64,000 nt of DNA from Candidatus Bathyarchaeota archaeon (GCA_963780185.1 CAWABA010000006.1:288001-352000), one strand, 5' to 3'; positions 1 through 12,257 are shown, numbered from the stretch's first letter. The notes: a model not told the origin generated them from the sequence alone. Numbers and translations are program-made.

Positions 1-1579
1 CCTTCACTTCTCAGGCGAAGCAAGCCCTCCGCGATTTTGCCGCGGCTCAAATAGCTGTTTAGAAGGTTGTTTTTTTCTCCTAAACTTCGGATTTGCCTGT
101 CTAAAAACGGGTCCTGCTTCGCAAGAACCTGCACGTTTTCGATTAGCTCTGACATGGCTTTGAAACGGGGAATCAGAAGCTGCTTAATCTTTGACCTGCC
201 AAAGGCGCCTTTGAGTTTGGAGGCGAAATCGTCGGCGCTTGTCATGGACGGCGGAAGAAAAATGAAGCGACTGCTTGACCCTGACTGATAAAACGCAGCG
301 TAAAAGGGAACATAGAACAGAGCTGGGCTCTTCAACTGCTGGTCCACACTGCCAAGCAACGCGAACTTGGCGTTAACTGCCTCCCCCAGCTTGATGGCGT
401 CGTTAAGCCCATTCACCACAGGTTTTTCAAGCTTGAGCAGCTTCTCCGTTTCCCGCTTGAAAACAAGCATTTTGGCGTCGCGGGTGGCTTCAAGATCCAA
501 CAGGGGCTGGCGGGCACGCTTAATTTCTGCTTCCAACTCAAGCTGCAACTTGGCTGTCTGCGATTTTTTTTGTTTAGAAAGGTTTTTGATGTTTTTTTCT
601 GCGCGTTTTAGCTCTTTCTTTAGTGCGTTGAGTTCTTTTTTGGTTTGGGCGCTTTTTTCTTTCCATCGTTTCTCGTAGATTAAATGGTTTTTTGAAGCTT
701 GCGCTTGGGCTTCCTTCTGGTAAAGCCTGATTTTGCCTTCGCTGCTCTCGATGCCTTTTTCACTTTTTGCCTTTGATTTTTTCAGATTTTCAAGTTCATG
801 ATCGAAGCTTCTGGTGATTTCGGCTATTCGTCGTTTGTACTGGCTGTTCAGGGCGGCGACTTTGGGGTTGACGAATTCTTGCTGAGCCTTAATCTTGGCG
901 TTGTCCTCGTCCCTGACGGCTTCCGCCGCGTAATCGAGCTCGGTGATGAATTGGCTTGTTGTTCTGTTTACTAGTCGTAGGCAATCGGCAAGCCTCTGTG
1001 TGTCTGTCTTTGGCGTCTGTTTGCAGGTTGACGATTTCCGTTAAAACAGAGGAAACTGCTGATTCTTCCAAGATCGGCGAAAGCAAAGCGTAATTTGCCG
1101 TCTGACCCGTGACTTCAACGGCTTCTCGGCGATAAGCATTAAATTCCTTTCTAAAATCCGCGTCAACAACCAAGTTTCCAACCGAAACTTCCTTCTCCTT
1201 CTTCGGCTGCGAAAAATAGTTGTCGTGGTCAGATGAGGAAAGCCAAGAAATCCTCCCTCGTTTTAGAGTTGGCTTCTAAGCTTTCCATGAACGCTTTGGC
1301 TGAAGGCAATTCATTGTAGGACATGGCGAACTGGGCGTTTTTTAGGTCGTCGAAAAGGTACGAGGTTTCGTTTCTGGGGAACAGCCACAGGGGATAGCCG
1401 ATTTTGGTTAAGAAAACGAGTTTTTCCTCAGGCTGCTTCACGATTAATCCGCCGCCTTTCATTCTTTCAAGCTCAGCCAGCGCGTAAACGGCGGCTTCTT
1501 CAACTTCGACGTTGAATGGTTCCCTGCTTTTTTGCGGCGCGAAAGGCAACATGAAACGTTTCAACGCGGAGTTTAACAT
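1..1579 (-). CDS. Hypothetical protein with coiled-coil central region; frameshifted, runs off the window edge
   Basis: Fragments 1229..1579 and 889..1173 plus an open minus frame to position 1 (...SRGKIAEGLLRLRSEG). Confidence 0.6.
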
Positions 1580-1670
1580 GGATTTCAGTTCAGAGTATAA
1601 GAGGATGCTTTTTTAAAATTTGTTGTCTCCCAACCACGAAAAACCGTCGATTTGCCCAGAAACGTTGGCG

Positions 1671-3006
1671 CTAAGCTTTGAAGAAGTCAGATATTTTCTT
1701 TTGGAACAGCGCCTGCTTCAACAGTTCGCTTTGCAGTATCCAGCGTTGCATCGGGATTTCAAATCTGCCGCCTATGAACTGCAGCGACTCCGCTAAGCTC
1801 TTGAAAAGGTAAGGTTTTTGCTTCATTGCGTTTCTGACGTTTTCGCGGACTTGCCATACGCCGATGGGCATGATGTATCCTGGTCGGGCTTCTCGAAGAA
1901 CAATCACTGTGGCTTGCCGCCGTTCCTTCTCCAGTTGCTCGCAGGTTGCCAAGCGGGCAGAGTAGTAGCAGCCGCCTATTGCCGCGTATGTGGTTCGTCC
2001 GCTGTTGCCTTCCCAATCCGAAAAAATCGCGATGCTTTGTCCCGTCGGGTTCCAAACGGTTCCCGGGTACCACGCTTCCATGGATTCGTAGCTCCACTTC
2101 TGCGGAATCATCAAAATCTCAAAAACGTTATCCATGTAGATTGATTCGTAAACTCTGAACTCGTTGATTTCAGGGTAGGTTTTGACTTTCGCCATCAGAT
2201 TCTTGGAGATTATGTCGTCGACGGCTGTTATGCTCCACCGTGTCGGAACCAGCCGCCGTTTTTTTCCACTCCGAAGGCGCCGACGCTGAAAGCCTTCTGA
2301 ATCTTGCTGACCATGACGCCTCTGCTGTAGAGGTCAAGCACTGCGGGTCCAGCACGCAAATCCGTGTCGTAATACGCCTTCTCGATTTTGTCATCGTAAC
2401 GTGCGTTGCCAACATGCAGGTCGCGAATCGGCGCGGAGGGACCAAACGGCTGAACATTATCATCTAGAAAGAGCGAGCTGTGGGGTTTTTTGGTAAGGTT
2501 TAAGTTCGATGTCTACGCAGCTGTCTGCAAGGGCTAACTCGCGGGTTTGATCCAAGATTTTTCCTGCAGTCCATAAAGTTTCGCACGTTAACCCTGTGTT
2601 TGCCCCGAACAAGCATGCTGCGGAAACCCAACGATTTCATCCATGGATTTCCCGAACCAGCGTTCAGGCAAATCATAAACAGCCGTGTCTTCATGCAGGG
2701 CGGCACAAGTGGACCCGCGTAGACGTTTGGGTAGCCGATTCGTCCGATGAAAACGCTGGGCGGCGACATGCCCGCGATGTCTTCGCCCATCAAGGGGACG
2801 CTTTTGAGGAAATAGTTTACTTTAAGCATGATTGGGCAACGGGTTTTGCCGCAGAGCAACCGTGAGCCTTTGCATAGGACGCAGAGGCTGTCCTGTGATG
2901 TTCGGGTGGTTATTTGGTCGGTGCTTGACAGTTTCGCCGCAGCCAAAATGTCTTTTAGCCAGTTGTCTGAACCGTGAACGTTTTGAATCGCCGATGCCGC
3001 TGACAT
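1671..3006 (-). CDS. nreA: Nre family DNA repair protein (frameshifted)
   Basis: N-terminal CVLCKGSRLLCGKTRCP zinc motif, SPPSVFIGRIGYP, GGCYYSARL, C-terminal PIP box QKKISDFF. Confidence 0.9.
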
Positions 3007-3678
3007 GGTACACTTGCATGATGATTTGCATCGGCTTGATATGTTTTTCCAGAAAAAAACAAGACAGAAAACCAACGTGCTTTACCCATTAAGCCTTTGT
3101 GTAAACCGTTCAATGAATCCTTGCTTTTGGACAGCTAGATTTGAATTCATCCACATTCTAAATCAATAGGCTTGGAATGCTGGCGACGATTGCATCAATA
3201 ATTTTATGACTGCCAATCATCAATTCAAATTTTCCTCCTGTAAATCGAAAATTCCGTACTGTCTCCAGGAGTGCCAATTCTTCAGGCGTAACATCCGTTT
3301 AGATCCACAAACCTGGAACAGGCAGTATTTGGTATGCCAAAAAATCCTTGCAAAAATTGATGACGCAAGTTCTCGGGAACTGCGTTTGTAGGCACGATGG
3401 TCGTGGTCGATGCCCTTTTCTCGAAGCCACTGCTAGCACAATTTTGGGCGCTTCTGAGCGGATGCAATGAGAACTTGTGCCGATGTAACTTTGAAAGCGT
3501 AAATCTGGAAATTTTGCTAGAATTGGGATTTTTAATCCTTCTGTGGAAACATTGAGAGCTTAATGCATATGCGATCTGTGAAATAGTGGTTTGTTTGAGC
3601 GTTTGGATTTATCACTTATGTAACACGCAAAATCTTGACTTAGCCTGTAGTATTGAGAATCCTGAAAATGAAGTGAAT

Positions 3679-3756
3679 TGGCGCCCAGGCCGGGATTTGG
3701 ACCCGGGTCCTGCGGGCGACAGCCGCATATACTGGACCGAACTATACTACCTGGGC
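3679..3756 (-). tRNA. tRNA-Asp(GTC), intronless, CCA encoded
   Basis: Reverse complement GCCCAGG...TGCGG-CTGTCGC-CCGCA...CCGGG-TCCAAAT-CCCGG-CCTGGGC-G-CCA folds as a cloverleaf. Confidence 0.95.
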
Positions 3757-3957
3757 TATCACGTGGCCTAAGCGCCGCAACAATACTAATAACTTAAGCT
3801 AATTAACTTTTCTCGCAGTTGACGCTGAAGAGTTGCTAGGAATTCGATTTCTTGTTGCTTGCCTCTTTGACTGAATGTTTTATGCGTAATTTTAATACAT
3901 TTCTGGTTGCTTGATTGTTTGTGATGGGTGGGTGAGGAGAGGTATTAAGTAACACTG

Positions 3958-5999
3958 ATGCTTCATCGGTTCTGCAGAGGTACTGGCTCTGCATCCTCCT
4001 GCTGATCCTCGCCGCGGCCTCGTTTCCCTTCAGTCTACATCGCCCTCTTCGCCGCCTTCGTCTTCACTTTTTTGGTTCCAGGCTTGATTGCCTACCGATT
4101 CTTCAAACTAAAATCCCATGAAATCTGGGCTTTCATCCCTCTCTTCAGCGTCTTAGTCTCCGTCGAATTGATTTATTACTTGTCCTTGGCAGTTGGCTAC
4201 TCGCGGCAAACAATCCTCTTCAGCTTTCTGGCTTTGACGGCGATTTACGCGTTGGTGGTTTACTGGAAAGGCGAACCGATTTCAGCCGCCCAAAATTCCT
4301 TCGCGTGCGGCAAATCAAAAAAACCAGCCTGCTCCTGTTCGCAGTAATCTTCGCCATCGCCCTCGTCGTTTTAGCACGAAGCGTTTGGGCAAGCAACCAG
4401 TACGGCATAGTTTTGACGGGTTCAAACTGGCAGGACACGCCTCTGCACTACGAAATAATTGAAAGCCTCAACAACGGGAATTTTCCGCCGCAAATGCCTA
4501 ACTTCGCGGGGGTACCCATGACCTACTATTACTTTGTTGATTTCCACACAGCCATCATCGAAAACGTCTTCGGCTACCTCCCCCAGCTTCTGCCGTTTTT
4601 AAACGCCGTTTTCATAGCCATCTTCGGACTCGCAATCTACGCGCTTGACCCGACCCAACGGCAGACGAGCAGCAATCATCGCAACGGTCATCGCTACTTT
4701 TGGCTGGGGTTTAAGCTACTTTGGGCTCTTCAACGCCCTATTCACAGGACACTTCAATGCCACCCCAAACTACGCCTACCAGTACGGCCAAAACGTTCGG
4801 GTTGCCGCCTATCTTTGACAACTTGCTCCAGCAACGACCGCTTTTGATTGGCTTTGCCCGTGTTCGCTTTCGTTTTGGCGTTGCTGCAGGAACATGGAAA
4901 GCAAAAATCGGCTTCTGCTGGCTGGGGTGATGACGGGTTTGCTTTTTGAGTTCCATAACGTCGGGTTCCTTTGCTGCTACATCGCCTTCGTCGTCGCCGT
5001 AATGTTTAATCTGAAACGGTTCAAACTCACAAATTGCCTCTACTTCTTGTTGCCGACCGTTTTAGCGTTGCCTTTCATTTTCCATAATGGCCCGCCAGCC
5101 ACGATTTCGTTAAGCTTGGCTTTCGTCTAATAGCTTCGCGAAGGACCCGCCGCTCTACTACCTCCTTAACCTCGGCATACCCTTCATTGTCGCAATCATT
5201 TCCTTCGTGAAATCTGGAAACGAAACCTTGAAGGGCACCATGCTTTTTCTGCTGATGATTCCCCTTGTTCTTTTGATTACGCCTAACCCGTGGGACATGT
5301 ACAAATTCTTCATTTTCGCATGGATCCCCATATCCGTTTTAGCCGCCGTGATGTTGTCTAAAACACCGAAAATCGTGATTGTGACGTTGGTTTTGCTTTC
5401 GATTTTGGCTTCCGCAAGCGTAGTCATCTACAATTTCGGAACAAATTATCCCGGCGGCAAGTTGGCCTGAGTATCAGCTTGGGCTTTGGGTGCGCAGCAA
5501 CACGCCGCAGGAATCCGTGTTTTTAACTTACTACTCTATTCAGTGTCCTCCAGCCATGATAGGCGGCAGACTCACGGTTTCATCATACGTCAACTGGCCC
5601 TACGGATGGGGCATCCCTTTAAGCCAGATTGATCAACGGCAAACCGACATCGACAACGCATATCAGGGCACCCCAGCCCAGCTGGAAGCCGTCGTCAAAG
5701 AATACAAGGTCTCATACATCTACGTCGGCAACGACGAGTTGTACCATTACCCAGGCTGCACGGCAAGGTTCAACGCGATTAGCTGGCTAAAACCCGTCTA
5801 CACGAACCAAAACCTCGAAATCTACCAGGTTGAACTTGCCCAGACGGCACTTGAATGTCTCGAGCATCATTTTCTTCGGAAAACTGAATTTTTCAACTCC
5901 TGTAGTCTTTCTTTGTTCGGGGAGCCTTTCTTGCCTGTCATGTACTCGATGTCGATTCTGCCGATTGTGGTTTTCTCCAGTTTTTCAGGTTTGACTTGA
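3958..5999 (+). CDS. Multi-pass membrane protein, DUF2298/GT-C glycosyltransferase-like (several frameshifts; 3' end uncertain)
   Basis: Hydrophobic fragments 4072..4347, 4305..4847, 4894..5130, 5207..5470, 5490..5999; WQDTPLH...FPPQMPNFAGVPMTYYYF motif; C-terminal YKVSYIYVG. Confidence 0.6.
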
Positions 6000-6388
6000 G
6001 CCATTTTCTTTTCGGGGTCAAGTGAAAGCTGCCGGACAAGCACTTCGAGCGCATGCTGCTTCTCCGCCAGGTCGTTGACAAGGCTCATTTTGCCGCTGAA
6101 ATGGACGGAACTGTAAACGTAGTCGCATTCGTCGGTTACGCCGAAATCCAGCACCGCCTGACCCCAAACCCGATTGTTCGCTTTCTGGTAGACGAGTTTT
6201 TTGCCTTCGGGTGCGCAGTGGAAGTAGATGCAGTTTTTGGCTTGGTCGTAGCCGTGGCTCAGCGAGACAAGGTAGGGTTCGTTGTCCATGCAGAGGGCGA
6301 CGGTGACAAACTTTGGTGGTTTTTAGATTTGCCGCATTTCTTCTGGGTCAGTTATTTCTCGGTCTTTGCGTCTAACATGAAACGACAT
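5867..6388 (-). CDS. Pyridoxamine 5'-phosphate oxidase-like (NimA-type) flavin-binding protein; one frameshift near the 5' end
   Basis: MSFHVRRKDREIT start; PYLVSLSHGY, IYFHCAPEGKK, YSSVHFSG, MTGKK. Confidence 0.85.
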
Positions 6389-6608
6389 ACATTCACCTTA
6401 ACAGCGTGGTAATATTAATTTTTTGGAGTGAGGCAATTAATGTGACCACTCGGTAGCATAATTCAAACTAACCCCGGTATTGCGATTGCTGAAACGCGAA
6501 AGAAGGTGGATAGACTCCTAAGTAAAGCAATCTCAAAGGTGGAGGAGGCAGATTTACCGTTCAAGGACAGAATCATTATTTGCTATCAAGTTCTGTTTCT
6601 TTTGTCCC

Positions 6609-7211
6609 TTATCCAGTCAACTGTTGGCAGACCATATCTGTTATTAAATCTTCGATCTCGTCGAATCCACCTTTACCTATATCTTCTCGATATATTACAG
6701 AGAGCCAGATTAAGTGGAAAAGTCCATTAATTACTTCAGGCGAACGCTGAGGATTAAATCCCTTCTGGCGTAAGATGCGAACTAAATTTTGAATGAAGCA
6801 TTCGTCATCCTTAGTGTGCTCGTCTAATTTCTTATGGGAAATAATATGAACTATATACTCTTCGTCGCCGCTTTTGTAAAGCATGGGTAACAAAGGATTT
6901 TCCGCTAATTTTTTAATCATTGCCTTGAAGGCAGCCTTAAAATCTTTTTTGTTTATTTTATCTGCATCTTCCAGTTTTTGGAGAAATTCGTATCGGGGGC
7001 TGTATCCCTTCTTGATAAGTTCAAAAAGCAGATCTTCCTTTGATGGGTAGAATAGATAAAAAGTGCCTTTTCCTATGCCTGCTACCTTGACAATGTCATC
7101 TACTGCTGTTTTCTTTATACCGTATCTTGAAAAGAGATTTATGCTCGCCTTCTGAATGTTTTCCCGAACTTCTTCTCGCTTATTCTTTGAGAATCTGCCC
7201 AAAGTTTTCAC
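6609..7211 (-). CDS. TetR/AcrR family transcriptional regulator
   Basis: LFSRYGIKKTAVDDIVKVAGIGKGTFYLFYPSKEDL helix-turn-helix. Confidence 0.92.
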   Translation of the reverse strand: MKTLGRFSKNKREEVRENIQKASINLFSRYGIKKTAVDDIVKVAGIGKGTFYLFYPSKEDLLFELIKKGYSPRYEFLQKLEDADKINKKDFKAAFKAMIKKLAENPLLPMLYKSGDEEYIVHIISHKKLDEHTKDDECFIQNLVRILRQKGFNPQRSPEVINGLFHLIWLSVIYREDIGKGGFDEIEDLITDMVCQQLTG

Positions 7212-7226
7212 TGATCCTTGTTTTTA

Positions 7227-7772
7227 TCATGTTTTTTGACACAGGTAACTTTGTAAATAGGATAGCATTATAGGTCTTTTTTGTAGTACAGAAAGACCCG
7301 TATCTTTCAGAGCCCTTTCAAACATGCTCCATGAAAAACCGCGGGCTTCTGGTTCCTCGACAAGCAGCACCCCTTGCTTTTTCAATGTTCGGACTACCTC
7401 TTCCAACGCATTTTTCCAGTCGGGTATGTGATGAAGCACTCCGAAAATGAAGACCGCGTCGACACTGCCTTCTGGTAGGTCAATTTTTCTCATATCGCCG
7501 ACGAAGAAATCAACTGGAAGCTTTTTCTTTGTAGCTAATGCGATTTGGTCTGGCATATAATCAAAGGCTATGATTTTCGACGGCTTAAATGTCTCTAGAA
7601 TTAATTTTGTGCTGTAACCTGAACCGCATCCTGCATCCATAATTTTTGAGTTTTGAAGGTCAATGCCTTCGTGCTTGAGCATGCTTTTGAATGCACGCAT
7701 TTCGCTTTGTTTCTGGATTACGCGTCTAAGGAAATTATTCATTGCAAAGAATTCGAACTTTCCGAGGCTCAT
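7227..7772 (-). CDS. Class I SAM-dependent methyltransferase
   Basis: IMDAGCGSG motif I, VDAVFIFGVLHHIPDW. Confidence 0.9.
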   Translation of the reverse strand: MSLGKFEFFAMNNFLRRVIQKQSEMRAFKSMLKHEGIDLQNSKIMDAGCGSGYSTKLILETFKPSKIIAFDYMPDQIALATKKKLPVDFFVGDMRKIDLPEGSVDAVFIFGVLHHIPDWKNALEEVVRTLKKQGVLLVEEPEARGFSWSMFERALKDTGLSVLQKRPIMLSYLQSYLCQKT

Positions 7773-7801
7773 TTGTGATTTTCCCCTTCATTTATGACTA
7801 T

Positions 7802-7827
7802 GTGACTAAAATGGTTAGATTAGTCAC
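7802..7827. promoter_or_regulatory. Inverted repeat, likely TetR operator next to BRE/TATA
   Basis: GTGACTAA-N10-TTAGTCAC directly downstream of GAAAAAG-TTATAA on the minus strand. Confidence 0.6.
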
Positions 7828-7846
7828 TTATAACTTTTTCCACCCG

Positions 7847-7921
7847 CTACACTTGCCGAAGCTTTTCGGGGTTGATTATTTCTCGGTCTGTGGGTCTAAC
7901 ATGAAAAGACTGGAAAGACAT
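7847..7921 (-). pseudogene. 5' remnant of a second copy of the NimA-like gene
   Basis: Encodes MSFQSFHVRPTDREIINPEKLRQV* versus MSFHVRRKDREITDPEEMRQI at 6388; upstream leader also conserved. Confidence 0.75.
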
Positions 7922-8104
7922 TTGGACACCTTAATCAAGCAAAGCACTGCGGAAATTAAAATGTTAGCGTCGCGTCTGTCTCCCATCGCTTAGAGCCTGC
8001 AGCGGGTTAGCGCTCAGCAAGGCTTAATACTAAAATAAGAGAAATATGGCACATAAGTTAGGCATCGATTTGAGGATGTGAGATTATCAAAACCGAACCG
8101 TTTG

Positions 8105-9360
8105 ATGTTGAAGAAAACAGTAACAGAAATAATTTTGGAAGATGACCTCATCAAAAAAGAAACAGCTATCCCAGAAAATCTTCGCCGCCGCCAACGCAAA
8201 GGGAATTTATCCCGCAAGCATCCAAGAATTCTACATGGCTCGCGGCAGAGGAGAATTCTCTGGTTTCACGGTTCCCGCAATAAATCTGCGCAGCATGACC
8301 TATGATTTGGCTCGCGCAATATTCCGAGTCGCCGAAAAAAATGATTCTGGCGCCTTCGTCTTTGAGATTGCCCGCTCCGAAATCGGCTACACTAATCAGC
8401 CGCCGATCGAGTTCGCAAGCATGGTTATGGCAGCCGCAATAAAAGAAGGCTATTCTGGTCCAGTCTTCATCCAAGGAGACCATTACCAAGCCAACGCCGC
8501 CAAATACAAAGAAAACCCCCAGAAAGAAATTGAAAGCTTACAAACCCTAATTGCCGATTCAATAAACTCAGGTTTCTACAACATCGACATAGACTCCTCA
8601 ACCCTTGTCGACTTATCGAAACCGACTTACAAAGAGCAGCAGCTCCTAAATTATGATGTCTGCGCAAAACTTGCCCAGTTTGTCCGCCAACATGAACCGA
8701 AAGGAACCACGATTTCGGTGGGCGGAGAAATCGGCGAGATTGGGCATCAGAATTCGACGCCTGAAGACCTGCATGTTTTCATGGATGGACTCAAAGAAAG
8801 GCTTCCCAAAGGTTTAGTCGGCATCAGCAAGATTTCAGTTCAAACAGGAACCACACACGGCGGCATCGTCTTGCCCGACGGATCCATAAAGCAAATCAGC
8901 CTCGACTTCAACACTCTAAAGACCCTCTCAGAAACAGCCCGCAAACGATACGGACTCGCAGGAGCGGTCCAACATGGGGCATCAACTCTGCCTCCTGAAG
9001 CATTCCACAAGTTCGTCGAATGCGAAACCGCCGAAGTACACTTAGCCACCGAGTTCCAAAACATGATTTACGAATCAAAACATTTCCCAGCTGACCTGAA
9101 AAAACAAATTTATGCATGGCTAAAAGTCAACGCTGCAAACGAGGCAAAGGCGGGCGAAACCGAGGACCAATTCATCTACAAAACCCGCAAAGAAAGGGTT
9201 AGGGCCATTCAAGAAAGAAATCATAAAACTTCCAAGCGAGACACGGGATGCAATTGCCGCTGAAATCGAGGTAAAGTTTGATTTCCTCTTCAAACAACTC
9301 AACGTCGTAAACAAGAGAAAGCTGCTGGACAAATACGTACAAGCGCCTTCAAGCAAATAA
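8105..9360 (+). CDS. Class II fructose-bisphosphate aldolase family protein (frameshifts at both ends)
   Basis: FIQGDHYQ, SVGGEIGEIG, VQTGTTHGG, AVQHGASTLP, EVHLATEFQN. Confidence 0.88.
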
Positions 9361-9566
9361 AAACAAATCACGAGTTTCCAAAAGACCGATAGAGAAGGAT
9401 AAACTCCTCCTCTTTCGTTTTTCCTTGCACTAATTCTTTATGTAGAAACCCTTTCGGTTCAGGGTTAACTTGTTCGGGAAGACATAGACTTGCATGAAGG
9501 TTTTGACATTTTCGTTGCGTAACAGGATTTATAGAAGGGTTGTTTAGCATTCCTAAGGCGTCTTAG

Positions 9567-10175
9567 ATGGTAAATTTAGGGAGTCAATACCGATGCCCAA
9601 CGGGTCCTCAGGGCAGGCTGGTTGCTGCAAGCATGAATCAGCATCATACGAAGCTCACATTGTGGGGGCTATCAAAGGTAACCGTTGGCGCCGAGTTTGT
9701 GGTTTTGGATGTGGGTTGTGGCGGCGGCAAAACAGTCGGTAAATTAGCCAAACTGGCGCCGAAAGGAAAAGTGTTCGGTATCGATTATTCGCCGGAAATG
9801 GTGAGATTTTCAAAAGGAATTAACAAAAAACTGATTTCTCAGGATCGCGTTGAAATAATCGAGGAGTCCGTTGAAAAAATGAGTTTTAAGGATGACCTCT
9901 TTGATTTGGTAACGGCTTGTGAAACCTACTATTTCTGGAACAAATTTTCCGATGCCTTAGCGGAAATACGACGCGTGTTGAAGCCAGGCGGGAAGCTCCT
10001 TTTGGTGAATGAGCTAAGGTATGGTGCTACTCCTGCAAAAGTGATTAAGGAAACGCACGTAAAACTCGTCCCGCTGGAGAAAATCCGCCGTTCTTTGCAG
10101 TCAGTGGGTTTTGTGGATGTAAAGGTATTCACTGAGGCTGATTCGGATTGGAACGCGATTGTCGCCCAAAAATAG
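9567..10175 (+). CDS. Class I SAM-dependent methyltransferase
   Basis: VLDVGCGGG, FDLVTACETYYFW, RVLKPGG. Confidence 0.9.
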   Translation: MVNLGSQYRCPTGPQGRLVAASMNQHHTKLTLWGLSKVTVGAEFVVLDVGCGGGKTVGKLAKLAPKGKVFGIDYSPEMVRFSKGINKKLISQDRVEIIEESVEKMSFKDDLFDLVTACETYYFWNKFSDALAEIRRVLKPGGKLLLVNELRYGATPAKVIKETHVKLVPLEKIRRSLQSVGFVDVKVFTEADSDWNAIVAQK

Positions 10176-10201
10176 CTCTTAGGCACAAGAGAATTGGTGC
10201 T

Positions 10202-10789
10202 TTAGGGTTTCAGGGTTTTTAGCCAATCCAAAAGAGCAATTTTCATTTTTTGGGGGCTTTCGAACACGTGCATACCGTCCATCGCTTCCAGCTTCCGCAC
10301 CTGGTCGGCTTCTTCTTTGCGTACCCGCAGCTTCAGTTCTTTGCCGTTAGGCAGCTTCGTGGAAACCACGCCTTCCCTGAAATCTGTAGGCAGCAGGTAG
10401 ATTTGCTGGAAGGCTTTAAGTCCCATGAGGGCGGCGTTGGTGAGCATGGTGTCGCTTATGCTGTTGACGATTTTAGCCACCGAGTTGGATGAGCAGGGTG
10501 CGATTAGGAGGAATTCGTATTTGCCGCTTTGAAGCCACGCGGCTAAGAAGGGTGAGTTAGCGTTGACTTCGACCATGACTTTGGGGAAGTTCGCTTTGAT
10601 TTCTTCTTCGAGCCTGTAGAATTTGAGCATAGTGTCGGCGGCTTTAGAAATGTACACGTCGACCTCCACTTTGCCCTCAGACTGCTTCTTGAATTCCTTC
10701 ATGACTTCGACTATCTCGGCGATTTTGTCGCCTGCACCCGTTATTCCCCAAGCAATCTTAGGCTTCTTGGTTTTGACGTTTTCAGCCAT
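10202..10789 (-). CDS. afpA: Archaeoflavoprotein AfpA family
   Basis: IAWGITGAGD, NANSPFLA, LIAPCSSNSVAKI. Confidence 0.8.
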   Translation of the reverse strand: MAENVKTKKPKIAWGITGAGDKIAEIVEVMKEFKKQSEGKVEVDVYISKAADTMLKFYRLEEEIKANFPKVMVEVNANSPFLAAWLQSGKYEFLLIAPCSSNSVAKIVNSISDTMLTNAALMGLKAFQQIYLLPTDFREGVVSTKLPNGKELKLRVRKEEADQVRKLEAMDGMHVFESPQKMKIALLDWLKTLKP

Positions 10790-10801
10790 ATGTTTAACCA
10801 G

Positions 10802-11398
10802 CTACTTTTTTTCTGTCCCTTCCATGAGAGCTGCGAACTTTTTAACCGTCTTCTTTAGGCTCCTGAAACCTTCCTCATCCGCCTTGACGCCTTCGAGCGT
10901 GTCTTTGCTCCAGAACGTTGCTCCCAAATTGGCGCCGAAGAAGCCGCCGCCTACAGGTATCATTCCGTTGATGATGTAGAATGTGTGCAGCTGCATAAGC
11001 GCGAATTCTTGACCGCCGTTTCGGTCGCCGCCGACTACGATGCCCATGCCGATTTTGCCTTTGAAAACGTTTTTGTCCGCTGCAACCAACGCGCGTGTCC
11101 TATCCATCAGGGCTTTGGTTTGGGCGCTTACGCCGCCGTTGTAGACGGGCGACGCAAAGATGATTCCTTTCGCTTCAGTGAGCAAGGTGTAGAGTTCTTG
11201 CACGTCGTCTTGGACTACGCATTCTTTGTTTTGGAGGCAGTAGTCGCAGTGTGCGCAGAAATCAACCCATTTTCCACGCACCGTCCAAAACTGTGTTTCG
11301 AAACCTTTCTCGCCCAGCATCCGAAGGGCTTCATTTAGAACGTACTCGGTTGCTTGATCCCGCGGGCTCCCACAAACTCCAAGTATCATAAAGCTCAC
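10802..11398 (-). CDS. Iron-sulfur flavoprotein (Isf)/NADPH-dependent FMN reductase family
   Basis: GSPR, CAHCDYC-x5-C, FASPVY, GGDRNGGQE. Confidence 0.88.
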   Translation of the reverse strand: MSFMILGVCGSPRDQATEYVLNEALRMLGEKGFETQFWTVRGKWVDFCAHCDYCLQNKECVVQDDVQELYTLLTEAKGIIFASPVYNGGVSAQTKALMDRTRALVAADKNVFKGKIGMGIVVGGDRNGGQEFALMQLHTFYIINGMIPVGGGFFGANLGATFWSKDTLEGVKADEEGFRSLKKTVKKFAALMEGTEKK

Positions 11399-11462
11399 AA
11401 AAAGTTAAGCATGTTTTTGAATTAAAGCCTTGCCCCGCTGCATGTTACCGTTTTGTCGTGAA

Positions 11463-11969
11463 TTAAGGTTCAACATCGCTTTTTTTCGATATTCTTCTTA
11501 ATTGCGGATATTCTTTGCTTTTGGCTGACAACCAAATCCCAAATCCTAAGGCTAAAAAGCCGTCCCGATAGAAGTTTTGATACGCATATTGCATTGTGGT
11601 TTGCGTTGAATGGTTGGTTTTAAAGGAGAAATACCATAATGCATTTACGCAATTTAGCAACAAAAATAGGCTGAATACGATAACTAATAATCCGCCTAAA
11701 CTTATCAAGGCATTTCGTAGGCGGTTGGGGTTTTTGGGTCGTCTAAATTCGTTTATCAGCCATAAACCTACGACTAAGAGAAACGAGCCTGATGCAAAGT
11801 AAAGATTCCTTGTGGCATCGCTGAGACCGATGTTAAATACGGTTATTTCGCTTAATGGAATGTAGATAAGTTCTGCTCCTGCAGAGAAAACGATAACGCC
11901 TAATAATCCCAAAAAAAGCAGGACTCTAGGGTTTTTATTAACCGTAACTCTATCAATCAGTTTAGGCAT
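11463..11969 (-). CDS. Hypothetical 4-TM membrane protein
   Basis: 168-aa ORF with four hydrophobic segments. Confidence 0.65.
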   Translation of the reverse strand: MPKLIDRVTVNKNPRVLLFLGLLGVIVFSAGAELIYIPLSEITVFNIGLSDATRNLYFASGSFLLVVGLWLINEFRRPKNPNRLRNALISLGGLLVIVFSLFLLLNCVNALWYFSFKTNHSTQTTMQYAYQNFYRDGFLALGFGIWLSAKSKEYPQLRRISKKSDVEP

Positions 11970-12257
11970 AATGGGATTTATTGATTGAGTTAGTTTATAG
12001 TTTTTGTCATCTCTTGTTTTGGTTTAAAATCGCTTAGTCTGGCACTTCATGATTTCCTATGGAGACACGAGGAGCAGTGTTGGTTCCAGTCGTTTGTTTT
12101 CGAGTGCGGGGAATGCGTCGAGACTTTTTGACAAAAAAGTTATCCATTCTGTTTTCATGCCTTTAAATACCTAAAATCCTCCAAGAAAAAGTATATTGAG
12201 GAAGATTTGAGCTCTAAATCACAAAAGCAATTCGAACTAAACCCTACATTACTTTGG

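Noticed and set aside
3100-3678. Small ORFs next to the tRNA-Asp 3' end as an integrated element
   Set aside because: No integrase, no duplicated tRNA-Asp end and no recognisable motifs
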